A stretch of DNA of 63,379 bases, the filler included, from Dugesia japonica (taxonomy: Eukaryota), in the NCBI GenBank assembly GCA_001938525.1. It is 6 parts of 6 records of this genome, joined end to end, with 100 filler letters (N's around TTAATTAATTAA, not from the genome) between each part and the next. Parts side by side here need not be neighbours in the genome. Positions count along the whole stretch, not along the records: positions 44,921 to 53,730 come from MQRL01609207.1; positions 53,831 to 63,379 come from MQRL01613947.1; 4 more parts are not named here. One strand, given 5' to 3'. Below, piece by piece: positions 48,356 to 60,785 of this stretch. Every line of letters starts with the position of its first letter. Within the stretch, counting starts at the first letter, position 1. The translations under genes were made by a program, and so were the position numbers. The notes under the pieces are model-generated. The model worked only from the letters and a program-made list of their open reading frames with translations, ran no database searches and was not told the DNA's origin.

Positions 48356-49699
48356 TTTTATTGAAGAGAAAGCCTAGATTCAAAAAGAAAAATTTTATTA
48401 TATTTAAGAATTTTATTTACCTTGAAACTAAAGAGAAAATTCTAAGTACCAAATTTATCGTTATCGATAGAAAAAAACGGCTTCTTGGGTATAAAAATTA
48501 AGAGGCTGTCTAAACTAAGTAGTTTTTTTTTAGAAGTGGTTACGAAAAGAGTATGAAAAGATAAGACTGAATTTTTATAATGAACAAATATTAGAACTAG
48601 TCGTTTTGATTTTCTTTTCTCTTCATGGTTTAACTGACAAAAAAGTCATATTTTGGTAAATAATTTGGATATATAATCAGATAATCGTATTTCCTTTTTT
48701 GTTCAAATTAAAAAATTCAATATTTTGAATTTAAGTAAATTGTGAAATTGCCACAGTTTTTATTTCCAGCCAAAGCTCTCGACCGAAAATCGTATAAAAG
48801 TGTAGTTTGGACCGGAAAAAGATTACTTAGTAAACATTTTGTTTTTATTAATATTTTTAAAATTATTTCATTTAAAATAGAATATGAACATGGTTATCTT
48901 ATATATTACTGATAAGATGCTTGTTAAGATCACAGTGATTATTATAATGAAATGATAAATCTGAAATTATGGTTACATAATTTATTCAATAATAATATTA
49001 CAGTTCTACAATAAAATCAAATTACAATAAAACTTTAGACATTATTATAAAAAACCAATTTACTTTAAATATATATATATAAGTTCAAAGTAGAAACGAC
49101 CGTTTTATGTGATGGACAAGCACACTTATGAGGTTATCTAGGTCACTATACTAAAACCCGTCCTGACCTTTATGGTTTATAGCTATAAAATGATTGTTTT
49201 AATGTTTTTGAAACTTTATCAACATACATTTCAAAATGTTGCTAAATAATTTTATATTTGAACTCTTTTGCCTCTATTGGGACAATACGTCCAAGAAACT
49301 TTCATCAAGATCCTACTGGGATATTTTGAATGGTCCATAAAACCCTATTTTCCCAGAACTTGCTAGGATATTCAGAAGCGCCACGATTACAAAAATGAGA
49401 ATATTTCATATTTAGGTCAATATTAATAAGTTCCAATATATAAATGCAGCTTAGTGTCATCAGCGGAAAGTTGGTGCGAAAGGGTTAAAAATAATATTGC
49501 ATTGCGATTAACTAGTAAATTCTTGTTGTGTAAAGTCATATAAGCTTTTGAATCAATAATAATATTAATTATTTATTAGCAGTATTTACAAAAACAGAGA
49601 GGTAAATTGAATTATAATAAACAAAATGTTCTGTATTTAAGATTGTATGAATCCAGAAGAAAACAAATGTAAGTAAAGCAAATAAAAGTTTGCATGAAA

Positions 49700-50570
49700 T
49701 TTTTGGAAAAAAAGAAATTAAGGAATGAACTTAAGGAAAGCAATTTAGGTTTTAAAAATTCCAAAAAGAAGAATTTAGTTTAGAGGATATACATCATTAG
49801 GATAGATTTTTTGCTTGAATTGGCAGCAGATACATTTTCAGCTTCCAGAAAAATAGCGAAGAGATTTATTATTTCGTAGACAACAATTATAAACCACATT
49901 CATAAACTTGAATTTATTCGTAAATAGTCTAAAGAACTGACAAAGAAATTAGGAAAGATTAATAACTGGAGATGAAAAATAGATTTAATATAATAATGTC
50001 ATACATAAAGATCCTATATTTTACCAGGACACTACCAGTGTCTACGACATTTAAACCGGATATTAGTCTAGAAAAGCATATGTTTTATATTTGATGGGAG
50101 CGAAATAATTAAAACCGTTAATTACTGTAATCAACTGACTCACTTAAATATCGAATTACGTAATAAATATACAATTTTTGCCAGAAAATAGCGAGTCCTT
50201 CTTCAGCATAATAATTCTAGGTCACATAATGCAATCACAACACAGAAGTAGACACGTGTACCGGGGGGGGAGTTATTAGTCACTTACCATATTCTCCTGA
50301 CATTTTAATTTTTAATTGTAAAAATAGAGATAAAATATGTATCATCGATATAACTTACTTCTTTCGCCCCGGTTCCCATGTCTAGTGTTCATACATCTTT
50401 TAAATGTATTTATTCTATTTGAAACAATTATTTATTTAACTAGTGAACTTCCTGATAAAAAAAACTGTTGTTGCTTTCTTTGACTCAGAACGCGAAGACG
50501 TTTTTGCTATATGTATAAATCGTTTACCAGAAAGACGAATATAAACTATAGAAATTAATGGACAGAGCTG
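49700..50570 (+). mobile_element. Mariner transposase relic
   Basis: LITGDEK*I*YNN, LQHNNSRSH, HLPYSPD. Confidence 0.75.
50334..50388 (-). pseudogene. Diverged copy of part of GDH exon 3 embedded in the mariner relic
   Basis: AATATGTATCATCGATATAACTTACTTCTTTCGCCCCGGTTCCCATGTCTAGTG versus AATATGTATCAGCAATCCAACTCATTTCTTTCTCCCCGGTTCCCATGTCTGGTG at 51954-52007. Confidence 0.75.
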
Positions 50571-51187
50571 GATTAAGAAAAAGGACAAACAAAATATATG
50601 CCCAAAGTGCCAAAACCTATTTGTAAAATTAAGAAATTTAAATAAATAGAATAAAAAGTTGGTTTTATTGTTGATATCAACTTTTTATCTATTGAATATT
50701 ATTATCAAATAATAAGTATATTTTAATAAAATGTTATGTTTCTTAATTATACAACCTTATTGGCTCATATTTATAAAATATTGTTTCTTCGTTATAAAAC
50801 ACAATTTATAAAAACATTACAAAACAAAACAAATGATTAAGATTTACTTGATAGATAAATAAGTGGATTGATTATACTTCAAATACATTTATACTGACAT
50901 CTGAAACAGCTGGATAACAATTGCTAGTGCTAGATTTATGGGAGGGGGTCAACCGCTTGGGGAGTTAAAACTTATTTTTAGAATGAAATAATTTATAATA
51001 CATAGTATAAAAAGTATGATTTGCCCTTAATTACAAATTTCTACGAATTAAGCCTTATTATCAAATCAGTTAAGTTACAGTTAAAATGGTAAAAATCCAG
51101 AAATTATCAAATGTTATTAATTATTAACAATTTTTTGTGAATACTTTTTATGTTATCAGTTGAAATTTACTTTACGGAACTACTTAC

Positions 51188-51611
51188 CAGAGGCGTAGCT
51201 AGGGGGACAGTGGAACAAGTGTCCCGGGCGCCAGACCAGGGGGGCACCAAAATGGGGTTTGAAATATTTGTATAGTGTATTTTTTGTATCGTTTTAATAT
51301 GATATCGTCACCCTCTTGCAGTCAACTTTTTGTTATGCACTATCAATCTTATTGTGTGAATTTAATATTGCTAAGCCTACTCTATAGACAACAGATTTCG
51401 TAACCTATGACTAGAAACACATCTTATTTGTATACAGTATTTCGTTTGTATTACTTCTTGCTTTACTAATCACATGTTTCGTCTGCGCCAGTTTCTTCTC
51501 TAGTCTTTACTTTAGTAGCCGTTACATTGGAGGACTCTTAATTTTTCATTGGGGGTGGGCCCAAAATATGAATCTTGTCCCCGGGCACTAAACACACTAG
51601 CTACGCCTCTG
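51188..51611. mobile_element. hAT MITE with perfect 15-bp TIRs and 8-bp TSD
   Basis: CAGAGGCGTAGCTAG...CTAGCTACGCCTCTG; flanks CTACTTAC and CTACTTAT. Confidence 0.9.
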
Positions 51612-51941
51612 CTACTTATCATAGCTACGTTACTGAAAATGTGGGAACGGTTGAGAAAGAATGTCAAGTAATTCTTTTGCAAGAGGCACCTGAAATATTT
51701 AGTTCTGGGCTGATAAAGGAAATTGTATTTTGAATTAAATATAAATCTCTAAACTTTGTTTTAATTTTGCTTATAAATTGGCAAGAAATTTCTGTTCGAC
51801 TTAATACACACATAATGGTCATTTGTATAATAGATATTGATTAATAAGATCATTCCTTATGACAATTGGCACCAGTAATATTTATTTATTTATTATATAA
51901 AATTTTTCTTGTAAGATTACAGATATAAAAATTTCACCAAC

Positions 51942-52620
51942 CAAGTACGGTAGAATATGTATCAGCAATCCAACTCATTTCTTTCTCCCCGGTTCCCATG
52001 TCTGGTGCTGGAACGTCCGTTGCCGGTCCTGAATTAATAAAAATATTATAATAGTTCAAAAAAAGAATAATTGCCTACCTAGGAATCCTTTTTTATACAG
52101 TTCCATTGTAAATCTTCTAGTTAAACGCTCCAATTCACCAATAGAATAATTTTTAGGATTTATTTGAACTCCAGCTTTTGCACCCCCAAATGGGACATCA
52201 ACCACAGCACATTTATAAGTCATTAGTGATGCCAACGCTTTAACTTCGTCTTTAGAAACATCATCACTGTAACGAATTCCTTTTTTAGATCAATAAATTG
52301 CAAATAAATTTAATTTGATAACCTCCTTTTGTTGGAGTTCTATGAACACTGTGTTGCGCTCGCCAAGCATTAATATTTTCCAGCATACCATTATCCCTTT
52401 TGAATGCTACGTTAATAGCGAGAACAAAATGACATCGTCTCATTTTACCCAATATTCCGCTCACAAATTTTTCTTTTTCACTTTCAGGAATTTTCATCTT
52501 TAATTCATCTATTAATTGAGGTTTGATAATTTCAGCAGCACAATCAAAAAACCCTTCGACCATTTTGAAGAATGGAATTTCATCTGTTTTATTTGTTGAA
52601 AATCTTCGTATAAATGACAT
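51942..52620 (-). CDS. gdh: Glutamate dehydrogenase (mitochondrial), first three exons: 52620-52323, 52279-52079, 52028-51942
   Basis: [10 protein letters not shown]...[15 protein letters not shown]|IRYS...[26 protein letters not shown]...RRFTMEL..KGFLG|[24 protein letters not shown]; 43- and 50-bp GT-AG introns. Exon 3 donor uncertain. Confidence 0.96.
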
Positions 52621-52760
52621 TTGATTTGATTTAAAAAAGGAATTGATTAATTAATTAAATAAATTTAATTCTATTATGTATTGATTTTATTATAGAATCT
52701 AATATTTTTAACATAATGTAAATTAACGAGCACGATTATTTTGAAGTCATTCATTTAGAC

Positions 52761-53114
52761 CAGGGGTGCACAGTCTTTTTAGGATAACGGTCAAGTTGAA
52801 CATTCAAAACTTTTAGAGGGCCGAAATATTAAAAATGTATGTTTTATAATATAATAATAATAAATTAAAACATTTTGGAAGAATGTGGTCCACTTTTTTA
52901 TTCNACACACAAATTTTATAAAGCATATTTTCACAGAAATTGTTTGCCACCTATCTATGTATTCTGTTGTCATAGGTAACTGTGTATTTGGAATTAGTTC
53001 GATGGATATGAATATTCTAAAATTATCATTGTTATTGTGACAATTTTTGTGGCGTTATAATTTTTCCTGAGGCCCAGAAAAGCACATTGGCAGGCCGCGG
53101 GTGGTTCACCCCTA
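52761..53114. mobile_element. hAT MITE about 140 bp upstream of the GDH start codon
   Basis: CAGGGGTG...CACCCCTA ends; 8-bp flanks ATTTAGAC and ATTTAGCC. Confidence 0.8.
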
Positions 53115-53730
53115 ATTTAGCCGTTGTCTATTATTTTAAAAACAGAATTGTAATATTCATTTTTAAATTTATTATTTTTCATAGTATGAAATAATGTGCA
53201 AACTTTATAAAAATTCTGTTATTTTTATTTATTTTATATTNNNNNNNNNNNNNNNNNNNNNNNNNNNNNNNNNNNNNNAAAAATATCCTATATTGGTCAT
53301 TTGTTTACTTTTGATAAATTAAGTACTGATTGAAAATTGAAATTTTTAAGTTTCGATAAGAGGTTGAGTTACAATTTTTATTAATAGACAATTTATCACA
53401 AATTATTATAGGGGACTTCGAAAATTATTTTCATGGCCAAATTTTATTCTGAGTTGTTTTGCCATGGATTTTGAATTAACAATAGTATATGTAATTGAAT
53501 ATGAATAACCAAATGCTGATCTATTTGGTTGATTAATTTATTTAAACAATAAAATGAAGAAAACGTTATGTTGAGGAAAGCTCATAAATAAAATACATAC
53601 TAACAACATACATATACACAAACAAACACACAAGTCCATTCGATTCAATAACAATTCAGCTGCTCAAGTCAAACAATCAAACAATAAATTCGACAATTCA
53701 AATTGATTCAAACTAATCAGACTTTTTATA

Positions 53731-53830
53731 NNNNNNNNNNNNNNNNNNNNNNNNNNNNNNNNNNNNNNNNNNNNTTAATTAATTAANNNNNNNNNNNNNN
53801 NNNNNNNNNNNNNNNNNNNNNNNNNNNNNN
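53731..53830. other. Artificial scaffold linker
   Basis: 44 N + TTAATTAATTAA + 44 N. Confidence 0.97.
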
Positions 53831-53896
53831 ATGACTTGAAATGAAAAATTTTAAATATCATATTGTATAACTTTGTAAAGATAAAACTGATAATAC

Positions 53897-56800
53897 CTTC
53901 TTGTCTTTGAGAGTCTTGATTATATCTCATACTTTTATTACTGTCCCACTTTTTATTCTTGAAAACAGGAAACTGAGGAGCATCAAGCAAAATTGCCCCA
54001 GTTTTAATTGTTATTGCTGAAAAATGGCATTTAATTCATATTTTCACCGAAAGTATTATTACGAGAATCTCTATCATTAATACTACTTAATCCTATATCA
54101 TCTTTATCAGGATAATCACTTTCTCCGATATCTTCTTCCAAATCATCCACATTGACTGACGAATTATTTTTCAATTTCCGTAATCTTTTCATGACGTTTG
54201 GTCTGATTAAAGGTTGAAGTCTAGGACGAATGGGTGCTTCATTTTTCACATCGGACTATGAAATTTCTTCATTATAATTAATAAAATATGAGAAAGTACA
54301 AACATCGATTTCTTCATTTAATTTCATTATTGAATCTGAAAATTTGCTGCGAATTATCAATCGATCTCGACCAATGATATTAGGAATGAAATCACTGAAC
54401 ATGTTTAAAAAATAAAAAATTATTAAGTTCATATACCTTAATAATGATACAAAAAAGCGTTTAACTAATGAATTTCGTGCAATGATTTGTCAAAATATGA
54501 ATCAGGGAAATAAATTCGTCAAATTTCTGATGAATTAGAAACTAATTACTAGACTGTTGCCTCTAAGGTAAAGCATATTAAAACCATAGGTCGAAATGAA
54601 AGAGCTAATAAGATTTCTGGCAGATAAAACTACTAAGTGAAGAACAAATTTTTATTAAAAATAAAGTTACGGTGATGTTTCTATTACATCAAATAAAATA
54701 AAACAAGATTTGCTAGAAAATCTTACAATTTCATCATCAATAACCAGAATTTTGATGACGACCGAGTCATTTTTATATAGTTAAAAATGTTTCTTTGATT
54801 TCCTGATGCCAGAAATGTCGAAAAAAATATTCAAAGAAGAATGGAATATGCTTCAGAATTTATGATGATGAGTTATGACAAAATTATTTTTTAGATGAAA
54901 CTATAGTATGTGCAGGTAATATAGAAGAAGCTTAATTGGTAATACTCCAAGGAAAACAGAGAGATCAATTAAATGAAAGGATTTTTCGATTTCCGCCGCA
55001 GTGATAAGAAATGATTTAGTTTATTTTAAATTTATTCAACAATAATTTGATGGTGAAAGATATAAAGAATTTATTAATGATGTTTTAGAAAAAGCTAACA
55101 GTCGAAAGATAAAAAAATTGAATATTTCTTAGGATAATTGCACAATTCACAAAGTAAGAGAAGTTCAGCCAATTTTCTTCCATCAACCAAATCCAATTGA
55201 GGAATGTAAATAAAAATCAGCAATCGAATTTCTTATTTGCAAGACAGCTAAAGAACTATTATAAGCAATCGAAAGTTGGCATAATAGAATGAAGTTCGTA
55301 TCATTTTATGATCACTTGCAAGTTTTAATTGCATTAGCTTAAAGAAGTGAAAAATTTAATTAAAGTTAAAACATATAATGTAAATTTAGAGTATTCATTT
55401 TAAATACAGCCCAACGTCTATAAACCGCGTAGATCGGGCAACATTTTCCAGTTTAGGGAAGTCCGGCTGGCAGAGAAGCACTTAAATAAATGATTACTCT
55501 ACTATAGTATGTGTGCTACTTATAGTATAAAAAAAATTGCATACCTCTTCAGCAACAAAATGATAATGGAACCATAAAAATTTATTTTTATGTCGAATGT
55601 ACACCAATTATCATTATTGAAAATTACTGTCTTTGGTGAAAATAAACAGTTATCAGGGGNTGTTTCGTAGATGTTATTTTGAAGTGGTTCACAATATCCT
55701 CCACTTATGTATGGCAAACATGCTTCATATCAGTGTTAGCAAATGCTTGATGCCAGGTCATTAATTCTGCCTTACGTCACAGAATTTCTGATGCTTAGAG
55801 AATTTCTACCTTTCTCATACATAGATGCTAGTTTTCTACAACCATTTTTAGATTTTTCATGATCAGAAATAAAGGCAACTTTCTGCTTCAGTGATAATTC
55901 ATTTTTGTGAGTAAGCTTCGAAGAATTATTTGAATGAGAAAGAGTAGAGGAATTCATTTTAAACGTTAAAACTTGAAATAATAAAAATTGACTATTGTCC
56001 TATTTGTAATCCAATATACAGGTGCTTAAATCAGTTTATTGTGTAAATTGATTTATATTTGCAACTTGTCACTAAATTGCTAATAAAAAATGGGTTATAC
56101 ATACATATGAATCGAAGTAATTATAACTTTTGTGTGTATTCTTAATAATAGCTAATCGAATTACAAAGACATTGAAGCCGTGAAAAAATTAAAGTGTTGA
56201 AATCAAACTACTGCCCGTCTGTATGAGGTAATTTAAAATGTCAAATAAAATTTCAAACGTTACTGACTGTCCGGTGTCTGAAATATAGAGTGCGCGGTTA
56301 GTTTGGGGCAATTGCTGAAAGAAATATAGACTAATATACCCAGACCCACATAAACTGTCCGGATTTTAGAAGTGTCTGCAACATAAAGGTGTCCGCATGT
56401 AGAGAGTTTTAAATATTAAAAATTTTAATTAATGTTTAATATAATTTAAAATTTATTGCAAGGTATTTTTGTTGAAATTTTAAATAACTTTTTAACTACA
56501 ATTTTATTGAGAAAAAATAATTTGAAAAATCTTTGAATTTTTATTGATTTTTCTGGTAATTTTTGTGAAATTATGAAAAATAATGAATTTCAGAAAATCT
56601 ATTTGCAATAAAATACATATACACTCATACCTCCGTCACACGACCGCCTTTTATTCAGCTTTTCAATTTAACAGCCTATTTTTTCTATTTACGATCGAAA
56701 ATGTTTTGTTGTTTGACCGAAGAAAAACAATGCGGAAAAAACATAATGTACTTAGTTTACTGCGTTGCCACTTAAGTGTAGTTACATGTGCTTGTAAAAT

Positions 56801-59800
56801 ACATCTTTATTTCTATTGAATCAACATGGGTTTGTATCAAAAAATATGATTCATTATACGCCTAGCTTTATCGGAACAAATCTAGGCCATAAAACGAGGT
56901 ATAAGTGTATTAAAAACGAAGAATGTAAAATTAAAAACTACCTTCCACATGGTTCTTTAACAAAAGGAATGACAAACAAGTTTCTATGACGAGTGAGAAC
57001 ATTCATAATTCCAGCCAAATGACTAGATTCGTCGGAATATTTGATATTATTTGTATATAGCTTGACAATGTGATCTTTAGCTTTACAGCCCTTAGAAACG
57101 TCAATAACGCAATATGCAGTTAGTAATAAAAAATAATACTTTATTCACTTGAAAAGGATCGAAACGAAGAGTTTTCAAACCACAACATAAATACATTCCT
57201 TCGGTAATTGGAATTACACTGAAATTCAAATAAATAATTTGATAAATAGAAAATTCTTTACATTCATGTATACATTGAAATATAATTACGGTTATATTAT
57301 AAGGTCTTGTAAAAAAAGTTTACATTAGTATTAACGAAGTGGAATTTAGTAGTTTATTATTTTTAGTTATTATATTTTCGTGTTTTACTAATTTCTTATT
57401 CTATTTTATTATAATTTTATATTATAAATAAAAATATATAATTCATTTAAAATAAAAGCTTCGATCAAAATTTTTTTTATTGATATTTGATAACAATTTG
57501 ATATTTTGACCTTGTTTTCTTCAGGAATTGACTTTTATATACTAGCCATGCATAATCAATACACACATGTATGTACCTAGAGTTTATAGATACACACATA
57601 TTTCCTGTAAGAGTCACCACACACTATATTGTTCTAGAAATTAAAAGTCAATTACTGAAGAAGACAAGGTCGAAATATCAAATGGTTATGCCCAAAAATT
57701 ATTCTCGCAATAATTGCAATTGTAAAAAAATATATAAATAGAAATATATTAATTCAGTCAACAAATAATATTAATTGTCAAAAATAAATTGCAAAAACTA
57801 TTAAGCACATAAAATTAAAAACTCAAAATTTATACAAAATAGACAAACAAAAGTCATTAATTTTTGCTAGCAATTAACCTTCGAGTACCAAAACATTGAG
57901 AATGAAATCGAGAACCAGAGTGAAGTTCGAAACTACCACATTCAAATTTTCGAATGTGAAATGAATTGTTTTTATTTAATCTACTTTCATTTGTAAGTAT
58001 TATAATAAATACAATATTCTCATGTTATATATTACAATATCAATAAAATATTTCACTTTTTCCTTTAAATAATTTCAATTAGAATGTGAACTAGAAAATT
58101 AAATGCCTGACTCAATTATATTAGTTTCAGTTTAAGATGTAATTTGTTCATCAAACAATTTGTCTTGCTTCTGAACTAAGCATATCATCCAAGACCATCT
58201 AACCATTTGCAGAAAATTTAGAAATCAAAGAAAATCGATAAATGGATACCCCATGAATTGACAGAAATTAAAAAAAATTGTCGTTTGGAGGTATCGTCAG
58301 CAATTCTTTCGCGGAACAAAAACGAACTATTCCTTGATCTGATTGTGAAGAACTACAACCGTCTACATTCAGAGCAAAGATTTTGATTAAATTGAAGCTC
58401 CTAAACATTTGCCTAAGGTTATGGGGTCTGTTTGGTGGTCTTCTACAGGTCTGATTCATTACAGTTTCTTGCATACTAGTGAAGCAATTACATCAAAAGC
58501 GAATTGTAATCAAATCTATTTGTTGAGGTTACAAAGCAATAGATACATATATCACAAATTAATAAACACATATAGATACATATACATAGTATGTAAATAA
58601 ATATATATTCGAAATCAATGAAAAGAAAAAAAAGAAAAATCAAATAATTATTCTCCATCTCCATATCCAAACTCATTAATCATCAAAAAATAATGAATCC
58701 CCATCCTATTTAATTGACTATTTAATTAAATGATTTTCAAATTATTTATCTGACTTTATTTATTTTATAAATGAAATGATTATTTATCTGGCTTTATTTA
58801 TTTTGTAAATGAAATTATTGATTGATTTTTGTTGTAAGAAATGTTGTACATAGATTTATTTATTTGGATTATTGATTAATTTGGCTAGAAGAAATTTTGT
58901 GTATTGTGTATAAAAAAATACTGGAATTTAACCTTCATTGGGGAATTAATGTATTTTTATTGTTTTTTTTTGCGAAAACAAATACAGGGACATTTATTTT
59001 ATTAATTGATATATTTTAATGTTATGTGTGTGTAAAAATTCACTGGTCAGAATTAGTATAAATACTAATCTGTTTCAGTGGTTATTCAGTAACCTTTAGT
59101 CAGTTGACATCCTACCTCTCTGGGCGGTATCGTCAACCTGATTTAAAATACTGCTGAATAAGGTCTTAAGCTTGTACCTATATTATTTTATACATCCAAA
59201 TATATTATTGTAAAAGGTNNNNNNNNNNNNNNNNNNNNNNNNNNNNNNNNGGACACTTACACATATATTACATTATTTATAAATTTCAGTTAAAGATATA
59301 TATTATATAATATCGTACTAACATATATACGGTAAAATCAAACACCCGTAAACTCATAGACATATTATTGAACAATAGTTATAAACAAACGAACCATAAA
59401 ATAACTTGTTGAGCAGAAATACCCAACATATTAAATTAATCAAAATATGAAGCTAATATATCCAGCCCTTGTCAATAGAAAGAAGCCACTATTTCAACAT
59501 GACAATACCTAGCTTCACGTCGCACAATATACCATACAAAAATGAAATCAGTCTCACTCAGCCCTTTCACTAGATCTCACGCCAACTGAATACCATTTTG
59601 TCAAACATATGAACAAGTTCTTTGACGGAAAAACCATCAACATCAGAAATACTTTCGTTGCATCTAGAACTCCCGATTTTTATTCTGTTATAAATAATAT
59701 TTAAACATATTTGTTTAAATATTATTGATTTATTTAATTTTAATAAACTTTGATAATGTCTACTTTTGAAATACAAAATCTACCTGGCGACCATGTAGAA

Positions 59801-60624
59801 GTTAATGCCATTACTAGGCAAAGGAAAGAAGAGCGACAAAAGATTTTTAAAAATCTTTCACAAGATACTCAAGAAATACGGATTCCGAAGCCTACATTTT
59901 TATGGATCTTTAGATACTGCAGAAGATTGGATCCAAACCACCAAGGAATTCGCCATATTTAATCAAATGGGAATTCCTTTCGCATTTGATATGCTATTAC
60001 GAAGCAATTCTAAGGAATTATGACAAGAAACGAACACAAATGAGGACTTCAATACAAATGAAAAGTACGAAAGTTGGTTTCTATCAACATTTATTAATGA
60101 TAAATCTCTAGTTGAAAAAATTACAGATCTATCATCAGATAAACAAAGGATTGATGAAAAATATCGGAATTTTCTGATTACCATTTTATCAAACACATGA
60201 ACAAGTTCTTTGATGGGAAAACTATCAACATCAGAAATACTTTCGTTGCATCCCGAAATCCCGATTTCTATTCTATTGGGATAAATAAATCTGTAAATTG
60301 TTGAGAGAAATCTGTATATAGTAATGGATTTTATTTTGACTAATAAAATTTTTAAGCTAATTCACTTGAAAGTTGAAAATTAAAACCTACCATTTATTTA
60401 TTTACAATCTAATATCTCTATTTCCAAATAAGTGTCCGAACTAGAAAAAATAAAAATGTCCAAGAGTTAATAAAATGTTAAAATAATAATTATTCTCATA
60501 CATTATTATTTGCTGTGTAGTTTTTACTTACTTTTTTGTTATTTTGAAATCGATTAAGTATTTTTTAACAGAGACAGCACAAAACACCAATCATTGTATT
60601 AATGATTTCTTTCTCCTTTCTCAC

Positions 60625-60671
<47 letters not shown>

Positions 60672-60721
60672 NNNNNNNNNNNNNNNNNNNNNNNNNNNNN
60701 NNNNNNNNNNNNNNNNNNNNN

Positions 60722-60785
<64 letters not shown>

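Noticed and set aside
49470-49490. piggyBac-like end AAAGGGTTAA (also ~62681-62690)
   Set aside because: No matching opposite TIR or transposase found; too short to support.
54521-54545. CTGATGA...GAAA as another hammerhead
   Set aside because: Only 4 nt between the boxes, so no stem II, and no helix I pairing; other CTGANGA hits likewise lack a downstream stem and GAAA.
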